DNA of 64,000 nucleotides from Candidatus Melainabacteria bacterium 17Bon1m (GCA_032128875.1 JAVLKG010000002.1:1056001-1120000), one strand, 5' to 3'. Counted from the first letter of the stretch, positions 8,783 to 19,255 are shown. The notes: generated from the sequence alone by a model not told the origin. Program-made: numbers and translations.

Positions 8783-11700
8783 CTATCTGCGCAGCTTGCG
8801 ATATTTTTTGAGCAATTCCTTGACTTTCGCTTGATGCGGAGAGTCTGCAGGGATCTTCTTGAGCAGTTTTTTTGCTTCAGTGTAGCGTTTGGACTTCGCC
8901 AGGACTTCGGCTTGCTTGTAGCGAGCGTGATGGAGCAGATCTTCCTCTTCTTCAGTAAGTGGAGCTTTCTTCTCCATCTTTTCCAGAGCATCGATTGCTT
9001 TGGTGTACTTACCTTCGGTGAAACTCTTCTGCGCTGGGCTTATCGCTGCTTCGGCAGGGGCAGCGGGTTTGTCCATTGTCGGCTTGAGAATAAACCAGTA
9101 TCCGGCGCCGCAAGCGATAACCAGTGCGAGTCCAAGGACGATCCAGCGAATATCCATGCCTTGGTTATTGAATGCGCTGCGCATTCGTGAGCGTGTCTGA
9201 TTTGCTCGTTTACCAGGCGCATCCAGGTTGATTTCCAGGTCTCCGCCGCCACGATGCTGAGTCAACTGATGCAGTTGAAGATCAGACGGGCGCATCGACG
9301 AGAGATCAGGCATTTTGGGAGGAGCCGGACGAGCAGCGTGTTTGCCCGTCGATTCCATTGCCATGCGCAGGCGCTCTTGCGTTTGCTCGGCGATATCAAT
9401 TTGCGGAACATTATCCATCGAAGCTGGAGAAGGACCAGGTTGGTTCATCTCACGATTAATAGCTTCACCACGAGCCGCATTGGCAGCAGATGCCTTTTGC
9501 TTCAATTCAGAGCCGCGATTAGCGGCTTCGAGGAAGCGGTTCATCAAGTCTGACGTCAGTGCGTCGTTCGCATCCCCGCTAGCAGCAGCCAATCTGCTTG
9601 CAGCTGAGCCGAGATCAGGTCTTGCATCGGCTGGAATTGCTGATGCAGAGCCCGATTGCAGAGGTGACGCCCCTGATATACCTGCACCGCCCATCGCTGC
9701 CGAAGCGCCCGAAGCGAAGCTTCCACTTTTTGCCGAAGCATCTTGTTCTTTGCGTTTGGCGGCTTCCATCAGTCTGCTTACGGCAGAGGAAATCTTTTCG
9801 TCGCCCACAGGACTCGCCGATGTCGAATCGCTGGATTGGGACCCAGTGGTTTCGGAGCCGGCGCTCGATGCCGCGGACAATCTGTCTTGCGCGCTTCCGG
9901 TTTTGAAGTCAGTGTCGGAGTTAAATCCTGTGTCGGAATTGAAACCGGTGGACTTATTGAAATCGGAATTAAAGCTGGCTGAAGCTGCCGTTTCGAACGA
10001 TTGCGCCGGAAGGTCGGTACGCGAGCGCTTCGGCGGATCAGGACGCTTATCTGGAGGAGTCTGAGCGGGCATATTCGTGCGCGATTGAATGGCACTGAAA
10101 TAGCCAGATGTCTTAGCTTTGGGTTTTTCCGGCGGGTTTGCCGAAGGAAGACCTGTTTTCGATTCATTTGCCAATGGAGATTCTGGCAGTTTGGCCGCAG
10201 GAATTCCGGTCATAGAATCCTTCGGTTTTGCAGCCGGCATGCCGGTCATCGAATCGCTGGGTTTGGGTGGCGGCGGCGCCGATGCTTCCTTGTCACTTGG
10301 AGGCTGCACCTGGGACACTTTGGCAGAAAGCAAGTTCCCAAGACCTGTACTTTTCTTTTGCGATGACTCGAGAGGTGAAGTTGGCTGTGTGGGTGGTTCC
10401 ATAGACTCGGAATCAGGCTCTGGTTTCTTAGCTTCTTCAGCAGGCGAAGCGGCTGGTAATTTTGTCTCTGAAAGCTTACCAGCAGAACCCAAAGATTGCA
10501 TACCCGTCTTCGATTCACGAAGGTTTTCGGGAGGTTTTTCCGGTGACTTCTCTGCGGCCTGTGCGCTGTCGGCGTTCTTCTTCGCAAACAATGCACCTAA
10601 GCCGGTTTTAGACTCCGATGTGGGTGGTTTATCTTTGCCGGCGGCTGCTTGTAAGAGCCTTGCGGCCGCGCCCGTTCCAGCTGAGCTGTCGGTTTCCGGT
10701 TTCTTTGCAGTTGTCTCTGGTTTAATATCCGAAGATTCTTGTTTTAAGAAACTGGCGGCCGCGCTGCCCATAAAATCGGGTTCGGGAGCTTCAGATGACT
10801 CGGACGGCTCTTTATCTTCGAGCTCTGGACCTGGTTGGAAAAGATCGTTGGGACTCGTCGCAAATTGGTCGGCCTCAGGCAGAGCCGCCGTTTCACTTTG
10901 AGATTCTTTCTGCAATTGAGCTGCTTTATTCGCGGCTTGCGCCAGGCGATCAGCCATCGACATAGGAGTTTTGGACTCTGCCAGCTCATCTACACTGGGA
11001 GCAGAAGATAGAAAATCCGGCAATACTTCTTTTTCGTCCGAGCCAAAATTAAATGGCTGCTCATCCGCAACATCTTTAGGCGCGCGCATCAAAAGTTCGC
11101 TTTCATCTAAGGCCGGCTCTATGAGCGTCGAATCGTGACGCTTCGGTCGCAGAGGATCTTGTGGCTTAGGCGCTATGGGTTTTTCCTTTGCTGGCGGTTC
11201 TTTCGGCGGCACAGGCGCAGCAGGTGGAGCTGGTGTAGCCGTTGCAGCTGGCTCCTGCGGTTTTGTTTCTTTAGGTGCAATCTCGTCGGCAACGTCTTTC
11301 GGTGCACGAGTCAACAACTCATCTTCGCTGATGGCCGCTTCAATCAATGTCTGATCGTGACGCTTCGGTCTGAGTTGATCTCCCGGCTTTACTGCTGGTT
11401 TTGTCTCGCTGGCGAGCGGTTTTTGTTCTGCTGGTTTGGAAACAGGCGCAGGCGGTGATGGTGGCGGGGGTGGTGCCGGAGGCGTCGACGCAATTGGTGT
11501 TGGTTTTACAGCAGGCTCAGGCGGAGATTTCGCAACCGGAGCCTGTTGCGGCAAATCGGCAACATCTTTAGGGGCGCGCATCAAAAGTTCGCTTTCATCA
11601 ATTGCGGGTTCGATCAATGTTTGATCGGCGCGTTTCGGCCTGCCAAGATCCGGTGATTTTGGAGGCAATGGTTTTGACTCTTGAACCGCCCTCTCTTTGA

Positions 11701-14161
11701 GCGTCTCGTCCAGTGGTTTTGATGCTTGAGACTGCGCCGGAGCAGCTGGTTTTGCAGGTGCTGGAGGAGCCGGAGGAATGGGGGCCGGCGGCGGAGGTGG
11801 AGGAGGTGGTGGTGGCGCCGGTCCGTCCGCGATATCGTTCGGAACTCGTGTCAGTAACTCATCTTCCGTTATAACTGGTTCAATAAGCGTCTGATCTGCA
11901 CGTTGGCGTTCTGGTGCAGCTGAAGGCTTGGCAGATAGTGGCGCTGCTGATGCCGCGACTTTTGGTGGCTCTTGTTTGCCTGCAGCTTCTTCTTCTTCGT
12001 CACCGAAATCAAGCTCTATTGCAGATTTGAACCGCGACATTGCTTCGTTGACTTCTTGTTTCTTTTCTCCTGCCGCTGGTGGCACGGGTGGTGCACCGGA
12101 AGAGGACTGACCAGCCGGGGATGGTGGCATATTTGGTGCACCAGGCGCTTGTGGCGGAACCGAACCCTGAGCTGGAACGCCCATAGGTTGAGTTCTCTGA
12201 GCCTGTGGTGCAGCGCCGATTTTTTGACCTTGTTGAATTTGTTGCCCTTGCGGAGCGCCAGGAGCACCCGGCGGTTTTGGTGCTGCGCCTTGCGGTTGTC
12301 CAGCGCCGATGCGTTGTGGCTGTCCTGCTCCTGGGGCGCCTGGTGCACCGGCAACTGGGCGTGCTGGGGCTCCTGGCTGTGGGGAGGGTGGTGTCATCTG
12401 TGGTGCAGAACCAGAACTTTGAGCATTGGGTGCTTGCGGAATTCCGCCTTGATGATTCGGCACTGCGGCCGGCTGCCCTGGCTGTTGAACAGGATTTTGA
12501 CCGGACTTTTGGACAGCAGGGACCGCAGGACCACCTTTGCTGGGAGGTTGCACAAGTGGTCTGCGTGGTTGGAGCGCAGGATTTGGCAATGGTGGTGTCG
12601 CCTGTGGTGCAACCGCGGCAGCCGGCGTCGGCGTGGGAGGTGGAGGTGGTGTCGCAGGCGGCGGACTTGGTGGTGCTGCTTGCGCTTGCTGCGAAGAAGC
12701 ATAATTGGTGACGGATGGACGAGCCGGTGCCGGCGCTTCCAGCATAGGAGAGATTGTCGGCGTTATACCAAGACCGGGCAACGGAGAGTATCCCGGCGGA
12801 GGAGGGGGCGGAGGTTGTCCTGCCTTGAAAATCGGCGCATTTGGGTCTTCTCCCCATCCGCTTTCAAAGGAAGACTCGCCATTTGAATGAACTTCTTGCC
12901 CTTGACCCTTCTTGAGCCATTTTTCCGGATCTAGTGGAGCAGGCGCTGCTGGAGCGTCGTCGCGTTGCGGTTCCAGCGCCCAGAGATCGTCTCCAATTTC
13001 ACCAGCCAGCGCGCGCGCTGCTTCATTGGTATATGTCATGACCGGCAGTGGTGGGGGAGGTGGTGGTTGAGGGAGATCGTCTCCCCAGGGAATCACTTGA
13101 CCCCCGGACCCGCCGGTAGTAAGCCGCTCTTCGGGCTGAAATTCAAAAGCATCGACCTTGACACTGTCCGTCTTTTTGGTCGGACGCGGCGAAGGAGGCG
13201 GACTCTTGATGCCTTTGCAAGCATCCTTGAGGGCTCTCCAGAATTCATTGATATCGGAGTATCTGGCGTCAGGCTTTTTCGCTAATGCTTTTGCAATGAC
13301 ACTTTCCAATTCATCAGGAAACTTGAGGTCGCTGCGAACGGCGCCCAATTTTATCGGCGGTTCGGTGACGTGTGCGAGCATGAGTGCTCGGTGTTCTTCA
13401 TGCTGGAATGGTCTCTCGCCGGTCAGCATCTCGAAAACCATGACAGCCATAGAATATATGTCACTGCGAGCATCGAGCGGCATGCCCTGGCACTGCTCCG
13501 GGCTCATGTATGCGGGACTTCCCGCTACTGTTTTCGGACGCCCGACTTGAGCGGATTTGGCTTCAGGTACATCGGCAATACCGAAGTCGAGAACTTTTAC
13601 GTAGTCATTAACATAGTCGTCACCATCGCCCATTTCTTCCAGAACAATGTTTTCCGGCTTGATGTCACGGTGAACGATGTCTTGCGAATGAGCTTCTGAA
13701 AGCGCATCGCAAACTTGCTCCACGATTGGCAGTGCGCGAGACGGGTGCAGGAATTTGCGCTCTTTGATCAGGTCGGCAAGAGTTCCGCCTTCCAGGTAAT
13801 CCATGACCAGATAAGGCTGTTGGTCATCAGTGATGCCGTGTTCCCAGAGGGTGATAATGTGCGGATGGCGCAATTTGCTTGCCGCTGCAAACTCTCTCAA
13901 GACTCTGTCCAAAGAACCAGAGTCGGCTCCCAAGAAGCTGTGCAGCACTTTGACAGCCACTTCTCGTCCCATCATCAGACGGGTCGCTTTGTACACGATG
14001 CCGCTCGAGCCTTTGCCGATGACAGAATCGACAACATAACGGTCGTTGATCAAAGCGCCGATAAGTGGGTCTTTACCGACCGACTCAAGAACGGAATTGT
14101 CCCTTGGACAAGCCGCCATTCCGTCGGCAAAGTACTGATTGCATCTGAGACAAAGCTTCAT
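8783..14161 (-). CDS. Very large membrane Ser/Thr protein kinase with a Pro/Ala/Ser-rich linker
   Basis: MKLCLRC..CPRD, GKGSSG, AVK, HRDIKPEN, DFG, GSPAYMSPE; roughly 1350-aa low-complexity linker; TM WIVLGLALVIACGAGYWF; helical C-term. Confidence 0.93.
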   Translation of the reverse strand: MKLCLRCNQYFADGMAACPRDNSVLESVGKDPLIGALINDRYVVDSVIGKGSSGIVYKATRLMMGREVAVKVLHSFLGADSGSLDRVLREFAAASKLRHPHIITLWEHGITDDQQPYLVMDYLEGGTLADLIKERKFLHPSRALPIVEQVCDALSEAHSQDIVHRDIKPENIVLEEMGDGDDYVNDYVKVLDFGIADVPEAKSAQVGRPKTVAGSPAYMSPEQCQGMPLDARSDIYSMAVMVFEMLTGERPFQHEEHRALMLAHVTEPPIKLGAVRSDLKFPDELESVIAKALAKKPDARYSDINEFWRALKDACKGIKSPPPSPRPTKKTDSVKVDAFEFQPEERLTTGGSGGQVIPWGDDLPQPPPPPPLPVMTYTNEAARALAGEIGDDLWALEPQRDDAPAAPAPLDPEKWLKKGQGQEVHSNGESSFESGWGEDPNAPIFKAGQPPPPPPPGYSPLPGLGITPTISPMLEAPAPARPSVTNYASSQQAQAAPPSPPPATPPPPPTPTPAAAVAPQATPPLPNPALQPRRPLVQPPSKGGPAVPAVQKSGQNPVQQPGQPAAVPNHQGGIPQAPNAQSSGSAPQMTPPSPQPGAPARPVAGAPGAPGAGQPQRIGAGQPQGAAPKPPGAPGAPQGQQIQQGQKIGAAPQAQRTQPMGVPAQGSVPPQAPGAPNMPPSPAGQSSSGAPPVPPAAGEKKQEVNEAMSRFKSAIELDFGDEEEEAAGKQEPPKVAASAAPLSAKPSAAPERQRADQTLIEPVITEDELLTRVPNDIADGPAPPPPPPPPPPAPIPPAPPAPAKPAAPAQSQASKPLDETLKERAVQESKPLPPKSPDLGRPKRADQTLIEPAIDESELLMRAPKDVADLPQQAPVAKSPPEPAVKPTPIASTPPAPPPPPSPPAPVSKPAEQKPLASETKPAVKPGDQLRPKRHDQTLIEAAISEDELLTRAPKDVADEIAPKETKPQEPAATATPAPPAAPVPPKEPPAKEKPIAPKPQDPLRPKRHDSTLIEPALDESELLMRAPKDVADEQPFNFGSDEKEVLPDFLSSAPSVDELAESKTPMSMADRLAQAANKAAQLQKESQSETAALPEADQFATSPNDLFQPGPELEDKEPSESSEAPEPDFMGSAAASFLKQESSDIKPETTAKKPETDSSAGTGAAARLLQAAAGKDKPPTSESKTGLGALFAKKNADSAQAAEKSPEKPPENLRESKTGMQSLGSAGKLSETKLPAASPAEEAKKPEPDSESMEPPTQPTSPLESSQKKSTGLGNLLSAKVSQVQPPSDKEASAPPPPKPSDSMTGMPAAKPKDSMTGIPAAKLPESPLANESKTGLPSANPPEKPKAKTSGYFSAIQSRTNMPAQTPPDKRPDPPKRSRTDLPAQSFETAASASFNSDFNKSTGFNSDTGFNSDTDFKTGSAQDRLSAASSAGSETTGSQSSDSTSASPVGDEKISSAVSRLMEAAKRKEQDASAKSGSFASGASAAMGGAGISGASPLQSGSASAIPADARPDLGSAASRLAAASGDANDALTSDLMNRFLEAANRGSELKQKASAANAARGEAINREMNQPGPSPASMDNVPQIDIAEQTQERLRMAMESTGKHAARPAPPKMPDLSSMRPSDLQLHQLTQHRGGGDLEINLDAPGKRANQTRSRMRSAFNNQGMDIRWIVLGLALVIACGAGYWFILKPTMDKPAAPAEAAISPAQKSFTEGKYTKAIDALEKMEKKAPLTEEEEDLLHHARYKQAEVLAKSKRYTEAKKLLKKIPADSPHQAKVKELLKKYRKLRR

Positions 14162-14395
14162 GTGTTGCGGTTTTAGGCTTCCTGTAGTTTCAGCTACTTA
14201 GTGATAAATGCTTGCCCCGGGTGTGATTCTGTTCCGGCTCACGCCATATTGATTAACGCCAGCAACAGGTGAAGGAACCGTGCCCCCTCATTTAAGATAC
14301 CCTGTTAATAAATCAATATTCGTCATAAGACAAAAAACAAAGGTTTTTCACAGGTTAAATTCGCTGTTCCGCCACTTGACCGCCTCTCAAGGCCT

Positions 14396-15595
14396 TCAGA
14401 TTGTGGAAACTTTGCTCTGGCGAGCATACCAGTCTCCAGGCAAGCGCTCGACAATACCCGCCAACTCAAGCATGGTAAGGGTCGCAGACAGCTCGCCTGC
14501 GGACATTTCCAGCTTTTGGCTCAAAACATCAAAGTGCACCGGCTCGCCCGTTACCAGTTCGAATACTTCCTTTTCGCGACCAAAAAGTTCGACCATAGTC
14601 GGTACTTCTCGCGGCGTCGGAACTGATACCCAGTTGAGAGCATTCAAAACGTCAATGTAATTCATGACCAGTTGAGCTTTATTGGCCGCAATGAGCTTAT
14701 TGCAACCCATCGACATCGGAGCGTCGACGCGCCCCGGTATCGCGAAGATTTCACGGCTTTGTTCAAAACCGATGTCAGCCGTTATTAAGGAACCGGAAGT
14801 TGCTCCTGCCTCAATTACGACTACACCTTTGCTTAGTCCGCTGATAATTCTGTTGCGGGCGGGAAACCGCCAAGGTTCAGGCTTTGTACCGGGAAAGAAT
14901 TCGGAAAGAACAGCACCATGAGTACCGTCGATCAGACCGTTGTAGAGGGGTTTGTTTGAAGTCGGGTAGCAAAGATCTGGACCACTAGCCAAGACCGCTA
15001 CAGTCCTGCCACCACCTTCGATGGCTCCCCAGTGGCAAAGCGAATCAACACCAACTGCCATGCCACTGACTACCGTTGCACCGGCTTGCGCCAATCCACG
15101 GGCGAACTCCTTAGCCAACCTTTGTCCGTAAGTTGTCGGTCTGCGAGTGCCGACAATAGCAATCGAATGATCCAATTCCTGCGGAGTGAGCTGCCCTTTC
15201 ATGTAGAGGACAATCGGAGGATCGGCGATTTCACGCAGCCGAGACGGATAGAGCGGATGGTTCAACGGCAATGCTGTAACGCCAGTTTTTTCAAGCGTTT
15301 CTAATAACTGATCGAAATTCACTTCTTTGCGCTTTTGGACGATTTGCTCAATTTGTTCGGTCTTTAGCCAAGGCAAAGTCCTAAGCTCGGCGGCGCTTGC
15401 GATCCATGCCGCTTCGATAGACAAAAAGTGGTCGAAAAGCATGCGTAGCCGCTTTCCACCAAGACCAACTCCGGACAACTGGTCGAACGCCAGCCAGTAT
15501 GGCAACTCACGAGTCAGTTGTTGTCGCAACTCTTTTTCGTCGCGGTTGGTAATTTCGCTGAAAACTTCATCGTCCGGCAGTTGGCCGCAACTCAT
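14396..15595 (-). CDS. dprA: DNA-processing protein DprA
   Basis: YPSRLREIADPP, IAIVGTR, VVSGMAVGVD, FPARNRIISG, SGSLIT, C-terminal winged helix. Start moved to ATG 15595, which follows GAGGAG. Confidence 0.97.
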   Translation of the reverse strand: MSCGQLPDDEVFSEITNRDEKELRQQLTRELPYWLAFDQLSGVGLGGKRLRMLFDHFLSIEAAWIASAAELRTLPWLKTEQIEQIVQKRKEVNFDQLLETLEKTGVTALPLNHPLYPSRLREIADPPIVLYMKGQLTPQELDHSIAIVGTRRPTTYGQRLAKEFARGLAQAGATVVSGMAVGVDSLCHWGAIEGGGRTVAVLASGPDLCYPTSNKPLYNGLIDGTHGAVLSEFFPGTKPEPWRFPARNRIISGLSKGVVVIEAGATSGSLITADIGFEQSREIFAIPGRVDAPMSMGCNKLIAANKAQLVMNYIDVLNALNWVSVPTPREVPTMVELFGREKEVFELVTGEPVHFDVLSQKLEMSAGELSATLTMLELAGIVERLPGDWYARQSKVSTI

Positions 15596-15845
15596 GTCGA
15601 CTCTCCTCAGGCCCAAAACCCAATAACTCTTACTGTCGTGTCCCCCGGACAAGTTGGAAAACAGGTGCTCGCTGATTGTGACAGACCCTACATGTTTAAC
15701 GCATCTACAAATAATTTATCGGTCGCCCACTGCCCCAGGTTGGGATTCTTCTCCCCACTACCAACCATCCCTAACTGCATATAAGCATGTCTACGTAATT
15801 TCACCAGTTACAGTCCCTTGCGCCAATTTTATGATTCCAAGCATC

Positions 15846-16586
15846 ATGAAAAATCCGCGATACATTGTCATCGCGCGCCTGGGCGCTCTCATTGTCCTGG
15901 CGGCAAGCTTATCCACCGCCGTCATGGCGCAGGAGCCCGCCGCCAGCCGTCCTGCACCTTTCAAACTGAACGCTCAAGTCAACCAAAATCCGCAATTGAG
16001 CCGTGAGGGGGGCGATATGATCGTCTCTCATCTCTCTCCTGCAAATCAGCAACAGACAAGCGGACTAATTCCGCCCGGTGTGCCTGCTCAGGCAAAAGTC
16101 GCTCCTGGTCCCTTAGGGTTCAATCCAAATTCTCCACTTATCGGCAATGCTCGAGCTGTTGCCGAGTCCCAACAAGCTCCTCAGGCCTATCTAAGCGAGT
16201 ACGACGTTGACTGGTCCAGTTGGATTAGCCAAATGGCCGCTCGTTGGCATTACAACCTGAAGAGGTTGGAAGCACAATCGAATATTTGCTTTGTTACTGA
16301 ACGCCCTGCTTTGATTCAATTTACCTGTGCCTCGAATGGGCAGGTCGGCAATTTTTCTCTAAAACAGTCGTCCGGTATATATGCGTACGACCAGTTGCAG
16401 ATGTTAGCATTGAGTCAGGTTACCCCTTTGCCGCCATTTCCCAAGGGGACCAGATGCGCCACCATTACTCTTGTACAGGGTTGGGAATCGCATGCAAAAC
16501 AACCGGGAGAAAACGGTTTTGATCCAAGAGCGTTTGGACGGCGCTTTCCAATGGAGAAAGTCCAGCAATGGGTAAGGTCAAACTAA
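15846..16586 (+). CDS. Exported protein with a C-terminal TonB/TolA-like domain
   Basis: Signal peptide (..AVMA-QE). DVDWSSWI..IQFTCASNGQV..KQSSG..YDQ..LPPFPKG. Start chosen at ATG 15846; the ORF track opens at 15654. Confidence 0.6.
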   Translation: MKNPRYIVIARLGALIVLAASLSTAVMAQEPAASRPAPFKLNAQVNQNPQLSREGGDMIVSHLSPANQQQTSGLIPPGVPAQAKVAPGPLGFNPNSPLIGNARAVAESQQAPQAYLSEYDVDWSSWISQMAARWHYNLKRLEAQSNICFVTERPALIQFTCASNGQVGNFSLKQSSGIYAYDQLQMLALSQVTPLPPFPKGTRCATITLVQGWESHAKQPGENGFDPRAFGRRFPMEKVQQWVRSN

Positions 16587-17929
16587 GCACCTCACTTACT
16601 AGTCTTCTTTTATCTGTAAATCTAGCTCTGGCAGGCGTTTTCTCAATCCCTGCCCTGGGACAAGGCACCGGTGGCAGTGTCAAACAGCAGCTATCGGCTT
16701 TGGAACAACGACTGTTTTTCAAAACCTACGAAGATGCCGACGACCAATCTCGCCTGCAGAGAATTGAAAAACAGGTATTCGGTCAACCTCTGGAAGGGGC
16801 TACACAAGAGCGTCTTTCAAAGATAAGTTCTGCTCTGCCGCCAATGCGCGAACCGGAGCGCACCGCGCCTGGTGCACCACAACAGCAGCCGGCGCCACCA
16901 CAGGCGACACAACAAAGTCATAACGAATATGAAGCCGAAGACGCAATTGAAAAAGCTCGATTGCAGGTTCAAGCCGCCAAAGAGGCAGAACTTCAGCGGC
17001 TTCTAGCAGAAGGGGTGCAGCTCTGGCGCAATCGAAGAGCACATGAAGCGACCGAAAAATTCGAACAGGTCATTCGGCTTGATCCGAATAATGCCGAAGC
17101 ACATTTTAGTATGGGCATTATTTATGAGGCGTCCGGCAACTTTGCCGAGGCCCTTTCCAGTTATCAGCGCGCATCGGCATCAAGGCCGGACAATAAGGAT
17201 TATAAGAGCGCTATTGGCGATGTAGAAAAGAAAGCGCGCTCCAAAGAGAAAAACGATGGCTTGAGTGGCGAGCTGAAGATGATGGCAGAAGATGCCGCAG
17301 CAGCATTTAGGCGCGGTGAGTACATGTCGGCTCTCGACCTATATAAGCAGTTCGAAGCGCGCACACCGCCGCAGGCAAATATCAAATACAACATCGGGAC
17401 GATTTATCTGATGATGAAAAACTATCAGATGGCGCTCGAATACTACAAGCAAGCAAAAAAGCTCAAGCCTTCCGAACCTAAATATGTGCAAGCTGTGCAA
17501 CAGCTGGAAAGCAATATGAAGAAGGACACCGCTGAGCGCAAGCAGGCGCAAAAGGAATCTCAAGCCGCCTACGAAGAGCAGGAAAAGCGGCGTATGCAGG
17601 CGCAAAACCGTAACGTGCCTAATATCAATCCAGGGGCGAATAAATTTGCTCAGCTCGGCACCCAACCCTCTGCACAAAAGGGTCAGGAGTTTATGAACAG
17701 CGTCGGGCTAATCGGAAAGAGCGGGCGCGACGGTGTCGTGATAGTGGCAGTGGGAATTGCCTCGAGAGCGACGCGAGCCGGAATATTGCAAGGCGATGTA
17801 ATCAAAGCGGTTGATGGAATGGTCATCAAAAGCACCGGCGATCTCAACAGTGCCATCGAGTCCAAAGGTGGCCAGCAAATACAGTTGACCGTGCAACGTG
17901 GAAATCAGCTCGGTCTGGTGCGCTTCTAA
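16568..17929 (+). CDS. Exported TPR-repeat protein with C-terminal PDZ domain
   Basis: Signal peptide; TPRs (LDPNNAEAHFSMGIIYE, YNIGTIY..ALEYYKQA); PDZ motif ASRATRAGILQGDVIKAVDG..LTVQRG. Confidence 0.88.
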   Translation: MGKVKLSTSLTSLLLSVNLALAGVFSIPALGQGTGGSVKQQLSALEQRLFFKTYEDADDQSRLQRIEKQVFGQPLEGATQERLSKISSALPPMREPERTAPGAPQQQPAPPQATQQSHNEYEAEDAIEKARLQVQAAKEAELQRLLAEGVQLWRNRRAHEATEKFEQVIRLDPNNAEAHFSMGIIYEASGNFAEALSSYQRASASRPDNKDYKSAIGDVEKKARSKEKNDGLSGELKMMAEDAAAAFRRGEYMSALDLYKQFEARTPPQANIKYNIGTIYLMMKNYQMALEYYKQAKKLKPSEPKYVQAVQQLESNMKKDTAERKQAQKESQAAYEEQEKRRMQAQNRNVPNINPGANKFAQLGTQPSAQKGQEFMNSVGLIGKSGRDGVVIVAVGIASRATRAGILQGDVIKAVDGMVIKSTGDLNSAIESKGGQQIQLTVQRGNQLGLVRF

Positions 17930-18070
17930 AACTTGCGTTTTAATAGCATTAATAAGGATGGGGCAGTATTTCCTTGCATTTCGGCAGTTTTTCTTGCCAA
18001 TCAACTCAAAACCAATGCCAGGTAAGAAATCCCGGCTTTCAATCTGAATCGAACTGCCGAATGCAAAAAT

Positions 18071-19255
18071 CTATTTTGCGTGTGCCAATTCGGTTGTCTT
18101 ACTGCTTGCGGATGCCTGAGCGGCGCCGGATCCACCAACATGCTTGATATTGTATATGGTGTCACGCTCAACGGGCGTGTAACCAGCTTGGGAAATCAGA
18201 TATTCCATCTCTTCTTTCGCCAGTTGCAGCGGCGTCATGGCGCCAGCAGCGTGCGTTATCTTCTCTTCGCCAATGGTGCCGTCCATATCGTCTGCGCCGA
18301 ATGAAAGCGCTATTTGCGCTATTTTTTCGCCGAGTTGAATCCAGTAAGCTTTGATGTGCGGGAAATTGTCCAGCAAAATGCGCGACACCGCTACGTCTTT
18401 GAGCAAGTCATATCCTGTCGGCTCTTCAACTTCACCTTTGATAGTGGTGCCTTCGTAGTAGCACTTCAGTGGAATGAAACATTGGAAGCCGCCGGTTTTG
18501 TCTTGTTGTTCTCGCAACAAGAGCATGTGATCGACTTTGTTTTCAATTGATTCGCTAATACCTGTGAGCATCGTAGCGTTACTGTACAAGCCAAGCTTGT
18601 GTGCGATGCCATGAATTTCCAACCAGACGTGTGCTGGTGTCTTCTTCACAGCCATGCGCTGACGAACGCCTTCGTCAAATATTTCGGCGCCGCCGCCGGG
18701 CATTGACTGAAGACCCGCTGCAATCAAGCGTTTTAAGCAATCTTCGTAGCTGATCTTTTCACGATCGGCCAGGTATTCGATTTCTACCGCAGTCATTGCT
18801 TTCATATGGATGTGCGGGAATTTTGCCTTAATCTCTTTGAGAATCGTCTCGTAGTATTTGAGATCTGCAGCCGGGGTGAGACCTCCAACCATGTGGATTT
18901 CGTTGATGCCTAATGCAGCACCTTTAGCGGCTTCTTCCAAAACCCGCTCGACAGACCACATGTACGCCTTGCCTTTTTCGGCAGGATTGGCGTACGAGCA
19001 GAATTTGCATGTCTCACCGCAAATATTCGTCGGGTTGAGATGCATGTTGTGGATGTAATAAACGTACTTTTCTTTGTCCAGTCCGGCTTTTTTCTTTCGA
19101 GCGTATTCGCCGAGTGCGCCGATCACTGTGAGGTCATTGGACTGATAGAGTCGAATCGCATCGTCGCGCGTGATGCGGGTGCCGTTAACTACCTTCTCTG
19201 CAATATCGCTGAGCGGGTGTTTGCTTTCAATGATTTTTTCTATCGCAAGTTCCAC
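18071..19255 (-). CDS. mqnE: Aminofutalosine synthase MqnE (CofH-like radical SAM)
   Basis: NPTNICGETCKFC, MPGGGAEIF, HKLGLYSNATML, HIKAYW, FGADDMDGTIGEEKITHAAG. Confidence 0.87.
   Translation of the reverse strand: MELAIEKIIESKHPLSDIAEKVVNGTRITRDDAIRLYQSNDLTVIGALGEYARKKKAGLDKEKYVYYIHNMHLNPTNICGETCKFCSYANPAEKGKAYMWSVERVLEEAAKGAALGINEIHMVGGLTPAADLKYYETILKEIKAKFPHIHMKAMTAVEIEYLADREKISYEDCLKRLIAAGLQSMPGGGAEIFDEGVRQRMAVKKTPAHVWLEIHGIAHKLGLYSNATMLTGISESIENKVDHMLLLREQQDKTGGFQCFIPLKCYYEGTTIKGEVEEPTGYDLLKDVAVSRILLDNFPHIKAYWIQLGEKIAQIALSFGADDMDGTIGEEKITHAAGAMTPLQLAKEEMEYLISQAGYTPVERDTIYNIKHVGGSGAAQASASSKTTELAHAK

Noticed and set aside
9000-13000. Long alternative-frame and antisense ORFs (up to about 300 aa)
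   Set aside because: They are shadows of the GC-rich, Pro/Ala-rich kinase linker and carry no recognisable motifs.
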